Positions 45,064-55,221 of a DNA stretch of 64,000 bases are shown here, piece after piece. Under the pieces are notes generated by a model. The model worked only from the letters and a program-made list of their open reading frames with translations, was not told the origin of the DNA and searched no databases. Both the position numbers and the translations under genes were made by a program. How positions within the stretch are numbered: the first letter of the stretch is position 1; each line of letters starts with the position of its first letter. Location of the stretch: the NCBI GenBank assembly GCA_050943115.1, contig JBMNON010000001.1:50023-114022 (forward strand). The letters are read 5' to 3'. This stretch comes from Patescibacteria group bacterium. Its GTDB lineage: Bacteria > Patescibacteriota > Microgenomatia > UBA12405.

Positions 45064-46077
45064 CTAATTTATTAAATTCTTTTTATAAAACAAGACGTCC
45101 CCTTCTGCCACCTCCTCCCAATTACCTGAAAGGTTGTGATCATCATTTGAGTATACATAAAGCATTACTTCTTTATCAACCGCTCTCAATCCTTCAACCA
45201 CTTCCTCCTGCCACGTTACTTCACACCAAGCATCTGCAGTTCCCTGGTGGATCACTATTGGCGCTGCTACCCAATCATAGTAATTTTCAAAAGCATATCT
45301 TCGGCTGTCGTGATGTTTTTCGAAATTATTTATAGCCTTAATTACTGCCTTCCCACCATCATCTAATCCTGACGCCGTATCCAATACACTTTTTGGAAAA
45401 GGATTTGTCATTGGCGCCCACAAGCTGGTCGGATAATTTCCACTGGTAATTTCCAAAACGGACAGGGCAATCTGCCCGCCATTACTATGGGCCCAAATTC
45501 CGATGTTATTTTCATCTACAAATCCGACCTCTTTTACCGATTCTATTAAATCCAATACTGTCGGCACTTTCTCAAAGCGTGCTTCCATCATATCCAGACT
45601 CTCCGCATCGGACTCTCCGAATCCCAAAAAATCTATGGAAAATGTTACAAAACCATTCTCTGCCAGCTTATCAGCCATTCTCCAGCTTCCCGATCCTACA
45701 TAGTAGCCAGACTTGTCCGCATATCCACGTATCATAATAATTGCTGGTTTCTTCCGGCTTTCCTCTGGATTCGGTATGTTTACCATACCTGAAATTTTTT
45801 TTCCGTCCGAATAAAAATAGAATACTCTACTGTCAATATTTTCCAGAACCTCTTTTCTCCTTATGCAAACCCCTTCCGGTTCTCCGCCAAACTCTATTTT
45901 GCTAACTTTCCCGCCCCTTTTTTTCAAGTTATCAAAATCGTACTTTTCCAAATAATTTTCTGCCTCCTGTTCCCTCTCTCCTGTCGGTTGGGTTAGTTTA
46001 AGACCCCACTTCCAATAACCAAAAGCTGTTGCTACCAAGCCCATTATCAAACCCAAAACTACAAAAAGTCGCTTCAT
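45064..46077 (-). CDS. secreted alpha/beta hydrolase (S9/DLH-like)
   Basis: N-terminal signal/TM, nucleophile elbow AHSNGG, later D and H (DDHN). Confidence 0.55.
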   Translation of the reverse strand: MKRLFVVLGLIMGLVATAFGYWKWGLKLTQPTGEREQEAENYLEKYDFDNLKKRGGKVSKIEFGGEPEGVCIRRKEVLENIDSRVFYFYSDGKKISGMVNIPNPEESRKKPAIIMIRGYADKSGYYVGSGSWRMADKLAENGFVTFSIDFLGFGESDAESLDMMEARFEKVPTVLDLIESVKEVGFVDENNIGIWAHSNGGQIALSVLEITSGNYPTSLWAPMTNPFPKSVLDTASGLDDGGKAVIKAINNFEKHHDSRRYAFENYYDWVAAPIVIHQGTADAWCEVTWQEEVVEGLRAVDKEVMLYVYSNDDHNLSGNWEEVAEGDVLFYKKNLIN

Positions 46078-46136
46078 TACAATTATTTTACCCCAAACAC
46101 CTTCTCTCTAAATACTTCCAAGTGCTATCATCACTT

Positions 46137-47633
46137 ATGTCTTCTTTGCTGAACTTCCTCAAAAAACATCGCTTGCTTATTTTCATTTTAGTATTGGGTT
46201 TATCTTTTCGTTTCTATAATTATCCTAATCGTTGGGTTTTGAACCAAGATCAAGCTCGTGATGTTTCTATCGCCCTTTATGCAATTAGAAACCGAACCCT
46301 CCCCCTTCTTGGTTCACCTTCCTCCGCAGGTCCTTTTAACTTCGGACCTCTTTATGATTGGCTCGTTATTATTACAACCCTGCTTTTCCCCTTCACTTCT
46401 GGTCCTTGGGTTGCCTTTACCCTGCTTTCAACCCTTGTTATCGTTATCTTCTATTTAATCGGACGTCAATTTGCCGATCATTCAACCGGGCTCATTTTTG
46501 CTCTTACTACCGCTTTTGCTGCTGGTCCCATTGGTAATGCTCCCGACATGCTCAACACGGTTATTGTTCTTTTTTGGGTATCTCTTGCCTTTCTTTGCTT
46601 AACTTTTCTAATCACAAAAAAGAAAATTGCCTACGCCATTCCACTATCTTTTTTTATCGGCGCTGCTCTCAACTCCCATTTTCAATCTCTCGGCTTATTT
46701 GCCCTGCTTCTGTCAGCGTTTCTCATCAACCCATTTAATTTTAAGCAAAAAATTCAAACCGGATTCCTTTTTTTATTCGGTTTTCTTCTCGCCTTCCTGC
46801 CTCTTTTAGTCTTTGATATAACTCATAAATGGATCTGGATTAAAAGTGTTTTTGCTTATTACACCAATGGTCAAAACAAATTTCATGTTCCGATCCGTTG
46901 GCTTACTGATCTTCGTGATTTTTGGCCCCAATTATGGGGCAGCACCATTCTTGATCTACCCTATGCCGGCTACTTTTTTTTGGTTCTCTTCTTTGTAGCC
47001 ATTTATCTTTATTACCACAAACACCGTCGATTACCTCTTCCTCTGATCATTCTAACCGTCTCGTTACTTATCCAAGTTGTCCTGCTTCGTTATTACAAAG
47101 GTGTTCGTTCTCGTGAATACCTCATTGTTTTTCATTCCTACTTCATTTTTTATACAGGCTGGCTCCTTTCTGTGTTTATTCACACCAATCGTCGCTTAGG
47201 CCAATTTTTAATTGGCCTTTTTTTACTAATCTCTTGTTACTCTAATTACAAAATTATACAAAAAACTTCTCAAGCTAAAATAATCCTAACTTTCAAAAAA
47301 AATATTGACAGTCTGCATTTGGGAAATTTTGAATACTATGTCAAAAATTCTCCCAATGATCAGCTTAATACTCCTCTCTTTTACTTGCTATATAAAGAAA
47401 ACCGTATTAATCCTTCGGCATACAAAATTGGCACTTGTTATCCCAAACACGATTCTGACTATTGCCCTTCACCGGAGTATATTATTCACCAGTCAACAAA
47501 ACCTCCTTATATTCTTTACAACCTGTCTCATTTATCATCCGAGGACCTAGCCAGATTAGGTTTCTACCAATATACCCCCAAAAACATATACGAACGCCTT
47601 TTTGTTAATTATCCTCAAGCATTAAATAATTGA
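46137..47633 (+). CDS. GT-C glycosyltransferase (GT39/GT83, ArnT/PMT-like)
   Basis: More than 10 TM helices. First loop FRFYNYPNRWVLNQDQARDVSIALYAI...GPFNFGPLYDWL matches the ArnT/PMT_2 N-terminal pattern. Start moved to MSSLLNF. Confidence 0.55.
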   Translation: MSSLLNFLKKHRLLIFILVLGLSFRFYNYPNRWVLNQDQARDVSIALYAIRNRTLPLLGSPSSAGPFNFGPLYDWLVIITTLLFPFTSGPWVAFTLLSTLVIVIFYLIGRQFADHSTGLIFALTTAFAAGPIGNAPDMLNTVIVLFWVSLAFLCLTFLITKKKIAYAIPLSFFIGAALNSHFQSLGLFALLLSAFLINPFNFKQKIQTGFLFLFGFLLAFLPLLVFDITHKWIWIKSVFAYYTNGQNKFHVPIRWLTDLRDFWPQLWGSTILDLPYAGYFFLVLFFVAIYLYYHKHRRLPLPLIILTVSLLIQVVLLRYYKGVRSREYLIVFHSYFIFYTGWLLSVFIHTNRRLGQFLIGLFLLISCYSNYKIIQKTSQAKIILTFKKNIDSLHLGNFEYYVKNSPNDQLNTPLFYLLYKENRINPSAYKIGTCYPKHDSDYCPSPEYIIHQSTKPPYILYNLSHLSSEDLARLGFYQYTPKNIYERLFVNYPQALNN

Positions 47634-47639
47634 TTCTTT

Positions 47640-47784
47640 TGAAAACATCGTTTATAATCAGCCTATCCTTAAACCGAAGACAGTAGGTACCCGCAACCCG
47701 GGTCGAAGCATCCTACCGAGGCAGACACAAATCAATTTTGTTGTTGACACCTCGCTTCGGCGGGGTTTTTTATTTTAAATACAT
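47640..47784 (+). promoter_or_regulatory. putative rplJ (L10) leader with attenuator-like hairpin
   Basis: Structured 145-nt leader ending CCUCGC-UUCG-GCGGGG followed by UUUUUUAUUUU, immediately upstream of rplJ. Confidence 0.45.
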
Positions 47785-48297
47785 ATGCCAACCCAACAAA
47801 AAATCGACCAGGTCAAAGAAGTTGCTGATAAAATCAGCGAATCCAAATCAGCCGCTCTCGTTCAATACCAGGGCCTGAACGCTGAAGATATATCAGCCCT
47901 TCGGGATAATATCAAACAGGCCGGCGGCCGAATGGAAGTTATCAAAAACACTCTCCTAATGCGTGCTTTGGAAAGTTTAGGTATAAAACTTCCTGAAAAA
48001 CTTACCGGCCCTACCTCAATTACCTATTGTCTTGATGACGAAATCGCCCCCCTAAAAGAAATCGACAAAGTCAACAAAGACAAAGAATTAACCGGGTTCA
48101 AATACGGTATCTTTGAGAACAAGCTGCTTTCAGTCGAAGAGTTGACTAAGTTCCTAATTCTTCCTTCCAAATCCACCCTCATTGCTCAATTTGTCGGTGG
48201 TTTGGCCAATCCCCTGACCCGTCTCGTTTATTCTCTTAAATATAGCCATACCAGATTGGCTTTGGTTCTCAAAGCCATCTCAGAAAAACAGCAATAA
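47785..48297 (+). CDS. rplJ: 50S ribosomal protein L10
   Basis: MPTQQKIDQVKEVADKISESKSAALVQYQGLNAEDISALR. Confidence 0.85.
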   Translation: MPTQQKIDQVKEVADKISESKSAALVQYQGLNAEDISALRDNIKQAGGRMEVIKNTLLMRALESLGIKLPEKLTGPTSITYCLDDEIAPLKEIDKVNKDKELTGFKYGIFENKLLSVEELTKFLILPSKSTLIAQFVGGLANPLTRLVYSLKYSHTRLALVLKAISEKQQ

Positions 48298-48326
48298 ATT
48301 ATTAATTATTTAAAAAGAAAAAAAAT

Positions 48327-48740
48327 ATGTCAGAACAAACAACCCAAGTTTCAGAAAAACTCCAGAAAATCATCGATTCTGTTTCTGAACTCTCCGTTCT
48401 CGAGCTCTCCGATCTTGTCAAGGCTCTTGAAGAAAAATTCGATGTTCAGGCTGTCGCTGCCGCTCCTGTAGCTGCTGCCGGTACCGCTCCCGCCGCCAAT
48501 GGCGAAGCCGCCGCTCCCGCTGAAGAGAAAAGCGAATTTGAAGTTGTTATCACCAATGCCGGTGCTAACAAAATCGCCGTTATCAAAGCTGTCCGCGAGT
48601 TCAAGCCGGAACTTGGCCTCAAAGAAGCCAAAGATATGGTCGATGCTGTCCCTGCTTCTCTTGGTACCATGAAAAAAGAGGATGCGGAAAATGCCAAAAC
48701 CAAACTCACCGAAGCCGGTGCCCAAGTTGACCTTAAATAA
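48327..48740 (+). CDS. rplL: 50S ribosomal protein L7/L12
   Basis: Ala-rich hinge, then [22 protein letters not shown]...[10 protein letters not shown]. Confidence 0.9.
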   Translation: MSEQTTQVSEKLQKIIDSVSELSVLELSDLVKALEEKFDVQAVAAAPVAAAGTAPAANGEAAAPAEEKSEFEVVITNAGANKIAVIKAVREFKPELGLKEAKDMVDAVPASLGTMKKEDAENAKTKLTEAGAQVDLK

Positions 48741-48759
48741 CTTTAAGTCAATTTAAAAC

Positions 48760-48790
48760 AAACCCTCACGATAACGTGGGGGTTTTTGGT
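48760..48790 (+). terminator. rho-independent terminator after rplL
   Basis: CCCTCACG-ataa-CGTGGGGG followed by TTTTT. Confidence 0.65.
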
Positions 48791-48793
48791 TGT

Positions 48794-50299
48794 TTAAGTT
48801 GTCAGTCCGTCTGTGGACAGCCACATCGATAACTTCCTAAAAATATTTCTGTCTGCCGCCGATGGTGTATGGGTGGTGTGAATAAAACAGTTTTTTAATT
48901 TTCCCAAGTAAGATAAAGCCTTTCTTGCCAGTGGATTATCCCTGGCCGATATCGCCCAGGCCATCATCATTTCCGAACAATCCAGCGAACAGGACTTGTC
49001 ACCCAACCTTTTATTAAGCAAATTTACTTCCTTGATAACCGAAGGCGATATCAATTCAAACTTATCATCTATCCCCGCCAATTCCTTGACGGCGTTTAAT
49101 ACCGCCGCTGCTTCGGCATGCAACAATGAAGAATTCTTTCCGCAAATCACGCTCCCGTCCGCAAGCTCAATTGCCGCCCCGCAATAAATTCCCATACTCC
49201 CCTTGTCTTTTCTCTTTTTTGCCTCCGCTCTGGCTGTCCTGGCCTTGCTAACCACTCTCAAATATTCCTCGTCTATTCCGACCTTGTCCAATAATTTTCC
49301 CATCCTCTCCAGGGTATCTTTATCCACCAACCCCTTTCTATACTCTTCGCGGTAACGAAACACATAAAAATTAATCTCCTTTTTTGCCGCTTCTTTCAAT
49401 ATTTCATCGTTGACAATCCCGCTTGATAATCTGTTAAACCCCATATCTGTCGGTGACCTATAACTCCTGGCAAAATTTCCCTTCTTCATCAACCTTTCAA
49501 AAATACTCTTCATAATCGGAAATGAATCCACATCCCGGTTGTAATTAACCGCTGAAACTCCATAAGATTTTTTATGGAAAGTATCGATCACATTGTAATC
49601 CCCCAAATCGGCGGTTGCTGCCTCATAAGCTATATTTACTGGGTGCTCTAAAGGTAAATCCCACACCGGGAAAGTCTCAAACTTGGCATAACCCGAATTC
49701 AATCCCATTTTTTCTTCATGATATATTTGCCCCAAACAAGTCGACAACTTTCCCGATCCTGGCCCTGCCCCCCAAACTACCACCAACTTATTCTTTGGTG
49801 CTAAATATTCGTCTGCCCCAAAACCCCTATCACTCAAAATTTCCCTGATCTTCTTGGGATAACCTCTGATCTCCCGCCTTTTGAACACTTTTATCCCCAT
49901 TTGCCCAAGTCTTCTTTCAAACACGTCTGCCTCCCGTTCCCCTTCGTATCTGTTTATTGCTACACCTTCAACCTCCAACCCCTCCTCCATTAGTCCACTT
50001 ATGGCTTTTATTGTCGCCTCATCGTAACCCAACCCCCAATCTCCTCTCAATTTACCATCAGCCAGCTGCTTGGCTGATATACAGTAAATTACCCCCATCG
50101 TCCTCTTTAGGCTTTTTAGAAGTGCCAATTTTGCATTCGGATCATAACCCAGCAAAGTTCTGGAAGCATGAAAATCATCCATTAGTTTCCCTCCAAACTC
50201 CAAATACAATCTTCCGCTAAACTTCTCCAGCCTCTTCTCGACGGCAATTTTTTGGGCTTTCAAGTAGGTTTCAGTATCAAAACCTACTTTTTTCATCAT
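48794..50299 (-). CDS. UPF0371/DUF1846 family protein
   Basis: RLYLEFGGKLMDDFHASR, VVVWGAGPGSGKLSTCLGQIYHE, GYAKFETFPVWDLPLEHPVNIAYEAATADL, RSPTDMG match family hallmarks. Confidence 0.7.
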   Translation of the reverse strand: MMKKVGFDTETYLKAQKIAVEKRLEKFSGRLYLEFGGKLMDDFHASRTLLGYDPNAKLALLKSLKRTMGVIYCISAKQLADGKLRGDWGLGYDEATIKAISGLMEEGLEVEGVAINRYEGEREADVFERRLGQMGIKVFKRREIRGYPKKIREILSDRGFGADEYLAPKNKLVVVWGAGPGSGKLSTCLGQIYHEEKMGLNSGYAKFETFPVWDLPLEHPVNIAYEAATADLGDYNVIDTFHKKSYGVSAVNYNRDVDSFPIMKSIFERLMKKGNFARSYRSPTDMGFNRLSSGIVNDEILKEAAKKEINFYVFRYREEYRKGLVDKDTLERMGKLLDKVGIDEEYLRVVSKARTARAEAKKRKDKGSMGIYCGAAIELADGSVICGKNSSLLHAEAAAVLNAVKELAGIDDKFELISPSVIKEVNLLNKRLGDKSCSLDCSEMMMAWAISARDNPLARKALSYLGKLKNCFIHTTHTPSAADRNIFRKLSMWLSTDGLTT

Positions 50300-50584
50300 T
50301 CCTCTATCCTACTAGCAAGCGATCACTTATTCAACCCCTATACATAAACCTCATTTTATTTATAATTTTTCTAACATGACCATATCGCTTCAAACCTCAC
50401 CCCGTCACAGATCGCCGGAAATAATTGATACCAAACTAGGCTATTGTAATATCACCCAAAGCTAGGTCCCTCTTATTAGAACATTTCACGGCTGGCGCTG
50501 CGACTGCCCTCTCCGACTTAATAACTGCAACGACGAAATCGACACTGTCGGTCAAATTCTTCGCCGCCAGTCAAAATAATTCCC

Positions 50585-51589
50585 TTATAAAAGCTCTCCC
50601 CGGCCTTCTTCTTTAAGTTTGTCAACCACTTGCCCTACTTTACCGCTGTCGCTCTTTTTCATTATCAGGAGGGCGTCTGGCGTGTCCACAATTACCAAAT
50701 CTTCCACGCCTATAGTAGCCACATAGCGGTCGCTCTTCCAGACAAAATTATTATTACTATCCAATTCAAAATCGGCTGGACGCTTGCCTAAATAGGCTGC
50801 CAGTGATTCCCATGTCCCAAAGTCCCTCCACACAAAAGGCAATTCAATCACCAAGCCTTCCTTCAATTCAAATTGGGTTACCTCTTCAATTGGACCTTTT
50901 GGCATTTTGGCGTATTCCTCAGCAATATTACCACCCTGAACAATATTCATTAAAGGTTCGTACCACTCCGGCTTGCGCTCCTTAAGACATTCTAACAAAC
51001 CTCTGGGGGTCCAGGCGTAGTGGTTAGTATGGATCAATGCCTTGCCATCCGCAAGATAACTTTCAATTACCTCTTTCTCACCCCGGCCCAACCACTCTTG
51101 CATCCGATGGCTCTCAGGATCGACAATCAGGTAGTCTACCCCCATCACGGCATAATCCGGTTTGAGACCAGCTGTCATCAGCCGCCCTTCGCTTTTTATT
51201 GTCCTGTCAAAAAGCTCGATCATTTCAATAAATTTCTCGGCAGGTTCTCTTAGTACATCGGCTTGAACCAGCATAAATGGCTCATCGGGAAATTTTTTAA
51301 AAAGCATCGCCGCCGCAAACCCTGTCGCCGGACCCTGATTTCTCATTTCCGGTTCGATAAAATAATTTTCTTGGGGTATCTCGGGTACTTGTTCCTGGGC
51401 AATTTTAGCTTGTTCTTCGTTAGTCTGTACAAATATTTCCTCTGCTCTAAACTTCAATCTTAAAGCTTCGTAATTCAACTGAAACAATGATTTATTACCC
51501 AATAATTTGGCAAAGTGCTTAGGACAGCTGCTTCGGCTGACTGGCCACATCTTCGAGCCAATTCCGCCGCATATGATTACTGGATTCAT
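50585..51589 (-). CDS. mannose-1-phosphate guanylyltransferase-like nucleotidyltransferase (no cupin domain)
   Basis: MNPVIICGGIGSKMWPVSRSSCPKHFAKLLG matches PVILAGGSGTRLWPLSR...PKQF. Confidence 0.6.
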   Translation of the reverse strand: MNPVIICGGIGSKMWPVSRSSCPKHFAKLLGNKSLFQLNYEALRLKFRAEEIFVQTNEEQAKIAQEQVPEIPQENYFIEPEMRNQGPATGFAAAMLFKKFPDEPFMLVQADVLREPAEKFIEMIELFDRTIKSEGRLMTAGLKPDYAVMGVDYLIVDPESHRMQEWLGRGEKEVIESYLADGKALIHTNHYAWTPRGLLECLKERKPEWYEPLMNIVQGGNIAEEYAKMPKGPIEEVTQFELKEGLVIELPFVWRDFGTWESLAAYLGKRPADFELDSNNNFVWKSDRYVATIGVEDLVIVDTPDALLIMKKSDSGKVGQVVDKLKEEGRGELL

Positions 51590-51704
51590 TATGTTTTCTC
51601 CAAATTTAATATTTAAATATCAAATAACTTATCAAATAAAGTCAATTAAGCATTAGTAGCTTATTATATATTACCAACTTTATTTTTTTCCAAAAAACAC
51701 CTTC

Positions 51705-54700
51705 TTAGTCTCCGTAATACCAGGAAACCGCTTCTTTGAGATCTTTTGACATACTGAAAATATAAGCAGGATTGTATGTCACCACTACCGCCGGACTGGT
51801 ATTGTTCGTTGAAGCATCGGTATAACTCCGGGTAAATTGAACTCCGTTTGCCAGAATTATTCCTGAAATTGTCAACCTGGAAGTGCTATCCCCACCAGCG
51901 CTAAAACTACCATTGCCCACATAGACCCCCTCCACCCTGCTGACACTCTCGTCAACAGTAATACTGCCCTTTACCACCACCATCAGGAACCTGTTGCCAA
52001 CCAAATCAATTGGCGTAGTGGTAATATTTAAGTTCCCATTGACAAAAACCATTTCCAACTCACTGTCAGCATTTACCAGGTTCATTATCTGGCTTGAAGT
52101 AGCATTTCCGTCAATCAACTCCCCTTCACCCATTCCCTGATAATACCTATTGAAGAAGAAATCATAACCATAAGAATCATCAACTATACTCGCCCCACTT
52201 CTATACCAGTTGTTTGGACTCCCGTAAGATCCGCTGGCCGGATTAAGTTGCCCTGCAATCACTAGACCGTTGTTACTGCTAGTTGTGCTTATATCCAATG
52301 CTGGTATACATGTAGATGAACTGGCACAAGTACTGGGCACTTCTCTTGTTATCGTATTTTCTCCGACAATTCCTCCCCCCTCAACTTGATACCATGGGTC
52401 TTGGTGTCTATAAGATGAAAAATCTACCATAATATTTGTATTTGCAGAATACGGATTAACCACTGATGAATTAATTATGAAATTCAAATTGCAGCCTATT
52501 ATTTCACCCACCCTTCCCAAATCATCCAGCCTGGCTTCCATTGGCTCCGACCCATCAGTAAAACCCGAAATTACCGCTTGATATTGCTTGCCCCAACGCA
52601 AATGGTTGCCGTTACTATTGGAATGGTATTGGGGATCAGTCGTGGGAACTACTGTCATTGCTTTGTCTTCGGTACCAATTCCGTCAAACAACAATGAATA
52701 ACTTGATCTTAACACGGTAGTATACAAACTCGGATCCGGACAAACACCACTAGTACCAGTCTTGTCATACATGGACCCGCTTACTTCGACATTACAATCC
52801 CAAATCTTTAAATTCCTGGTCGTGTCTGTATAAGAGCCATTATTACTCCATACCCCCATTGAATCCTGTACTCGTACTTCAATATCATATGTCCTTTCAG
52901 CCATAGTGCTTTCAAACCTGATCGGGAATATATATCTTCTGGTCGTTGAGTTAACGGTTTCTACTGTAGTTGCTGTAGACGTCAAAACTGTTCCGGGAGA
53001 ATTATTGTTAGAGGTACTGATACTTAACACTGAACCGCTGATCGATCCGTCCAAAGTTATCGTATTACTGCCATTAACCATTCTGACCACAACCCGGCTT
53101 ATAGTACTTGCCCCCTGGGCGTCGCTGGCTTCCACCACCAATCTCATCATCCTTTCGGTAGCTCCGCTGACAAACCTCTGGTCACAAACCTGATTATAAA
53201 GATTTCCGGTATGTTCTCCCGGCACGGTTACATCCGCCGGTGTCCTAATCGAAAATGTTCCGACTGTCGGCGCTGAATTCACCACACTAAACTTGCCATA
53301 ATCACTACTGCTGCAGCTCAACCAACCATCACAGTTATCCCTGGAAGCTGTTATGGCGCTGTCTGCAGATCCGATACCTGGCGGCGGCGGACAAAAAGGG
53401 TTTCCGGAACACTTAGAAGCATCCGGGCCTGGATTCGGAGGGCTACTGGGCAAATCACAATGAACAAAATATGTTCCCAAAGGTAAATTGGTAATCGTCC
53501 GGCTAAAAGTTGCAGGAACATTCGTCTGGCTATAAGTTGTAGTCCCAATTTGGTAATAATTATTACCGGTTGCATTTGTGTACATGGGGTAAGAAGATAA
53601 AGCTGTCCCGCTCACCACTCCGCCATCACTTTTTTCCAGAAACATCCTTACCGGCTCACCCAAAGAATTTCCCACACCCGATACAGTCAGGGTGACACTA
53701 CCTCCGGGATTCACGTCTGAAGAACTGACTGTCACACTACACCTCTTAGGAATATCAACTTGCTCATTAATAATGCTATAGTTCACACTCTGTGAACACT
53801 GACTTGAACAAATGCTCGGATAATCATCTCGGCAGTTTACCCACGATCTAGTCCAAGTGTAATTGCCGGGATAATAACCCCTATAAGCTGTCACATTGTC
53901 CGGTGCCCAAAAGCGGGTGGGGTCACAGTCTGTTCTGGGATTCATGGATCCGTCAGGATTCAGGCCGTGGTTAGCCAAACCACCATTGTTGGTAATACTG
54001 GGGTCCCCGTTCGGCCGGCAGTCATTGTTAATGTATTCATGTCCCTGGCAGCCCCCTAATACAAAATCTATAGTATCACCTACTCTAACCCTATTTGTTC
54101 CATCTGCCGGGTTTCTCACATTCATCCCCGTTACCTGGTATGAGTTACATGGCGCTGCGGTCCTGGGTACACTAGTTCCGGTATTATTCGACCAAATGGT
54201 GAAAGCCATGCCTCCCTGCCAATAAATCCCATTGTTATCATAACATCCACAGCTCCCGCCCGGGCAATCTTTCTCTTGAACATCCAATTGGCCCGTCCTG
54301 TCATTTGGCACCTCTACCCTTAGGTTGATTGTTTCCCCTGGCCGCAAGCAATACAAATACCTATCAGCCGAAATAGCAGGGTCATTTTCATTGGGGTTAC
54401 CATCAGAAGCCGCATCTACATTTCCATTACACTGATAACGCCAGTCATCTGGAGTCGGATTACTTAGATTATCGAAACTATGGTAACTGCATATGTTTTC
54501 AAGTGCCTCCAGAACTACAGTATAGTTCTTGTTGTTAGTAATCACCAAAGTGTCTTCATTTAATTTATTCCTCCCATAACAGCTCTGTCCTGGGCTGCAG
54601 CCCATACCACCTTCCGGATAACAAACCAAATTTTGTGCGACAACTATACTTGAAAAACCATACAACCAAGCTACACTCACTACCCCAAATATTAGCAATA

Positions 54701-54713
54701 GCTTCTTTGTCAT
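51705..54713 (-). CDS. giant (1002 aa) secreted Cys-rich surface protein, unknown function
   Basis: Signal peptide MTKKLLLIFGVVSVAWLYGFSSIVVA. Many Cys, Asn/Gly/Ser/Thr-rich, likely beta-rich repeats; no enzymatic motif recognised. Confidence 0.5.
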   Translation of the reverse strand: MTKKLLLIFGVVSVAWLYGFSSIVVAQNLVCYPEGGMGCSPGQSCYGRNKLNEDTLVITNNKNYTVVLEALENICSYHSFDNLSNPTPDDWRYQCNGNVDAASDGNPNENDPAISADRYLYCLRPGETINLRVEVPNDRTGQLDVQEKDCPGGSCGCYDNNGIYWQGGMAFTIWSNNTGTSVPRTAAPCNSYQVTGMNVRNPADGTNRVRVGDTIDFVLGGCQGHEYINNDCRPNGDPSITNNGGLANHGLNPDGSMNPRTDCDPTRFWAPDNVTAYRGYYPGNYTWTRSWVNCRDDYPSICSSQCSQSVNYSIINEQVDIPKRCSVTVSSSDVNPGGSVTLTVSGVGNSLGEPVRMFLEKSDGGVVSGTALSSYPMYTNATGNNYYQIGTTTYSQTNVPATFSRTITNLPLGTYFVHCDLPSSPPNPGPDASKCSGNPFCPPPPGIGSADSAITASRDNCDGWLSCSSSDYGKFSVVNSAPTVGTFSIRTPADVTVPGEHTGNLYNQVCDQRFVSGATERMMRLVVEASDAQGASTISRVVVRMVNGSNTITLDGSISGSVLSISTSNNNSPGTVLTSTATTVETVNSTTRRYIFPIRFESTMAERTYDIEVRVQDSMGVWSNNGSYTDTTRNLKIWDCNVEVSGSMYDKTGTSGVCPDPSLYTTVLRSSYSLLFDGIGTEDKAMTVVPTTDPQYHSNSNGNHLRWGKQYQAVISGFTDGSEPMEARLDDLGRVGEIIGCNLNFIINSSVVNPYSANTNIMVDFSSYRHQDPWYQVEGGGIVGENTITREVPSTCASSSTCIPALDISTTSSNNGLVIAGQLNPASGSYGSPNNWYRSGASIVDDSYGYDFFFNRYYQGMGEGELIDGNATSSQIMNLVNADSELEMVFVNGNLNITTTPIDLVGNRFLMVVVKGSITVDESVSRVEGVYVGNGSFSAGGDSTSRLTISGIILANGVQFTRSYTDASTNNTSPAVVVTYNPAYIFSMSKDLKEAVSWYYGD

Positions 54714-54731
54714 ATTTCTAATATCATCATA

Positions 54732-55166
54732 TCATTCAATAATTATCTTTTGGGCGGCAATTGCTTCATATATTTCGGTTTCTACTCTATCTTTCTTGAA
54801 ATAAAGCACCCTCACCTTTTTGCCAACAATCTCCCTCCTCCCCACTACCCTCACTCCATCCCAAACAGTGGAGCTCTCCCTTAAGCTCACCACGGCGTCG
54901 TCATTCAAACCAATATTTAAAAAATAAGCCTTGTCCTTTTCCAATTCCGAAGTAATCACCCCGCCAACCTCTTCCAGCTCTTCTTTTTTCTGTTTTCCTA
55001 CCAAATCCATTGCTATATCACTTACTATGGGAATCCTGTTAATAGCACTGCTTACCTTTCCACCCCTGTTCTCATATTCCTGTAACAGTAGTAAGTTTAC
55101 TAAAAGTAATAAATCCACCCAAACAATGGCCATCAACACCATCCACATAGTTCTCTTCTTTTTCAT
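54732..55166 (-). CDS. membrane-anchored hypothetical protein
   Basis: N-terminal TM; co-oriented 18 nt downstream of the giant gene's start. Confidence 0.35.
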   Translation of the reverse strand: MKKKRTMWMVLMAIVWVDLLLLVNLLLLQEYENRGGKVSSAINRIPIVSDIAMDLVGKQKKEELEEVGGVITSELEKDKAYFLNIGLNDDAVVSLRESSTVWDGVRVVGRREIVGKKVRVLYFKKDRVETEIYEAIAAQKIIIE

Positions 55167-55221
55167 TTAATTAATGATAGTCAAAACCCTACTGCACGTC
55201 AAATTAAAAACATTCAAGTTT

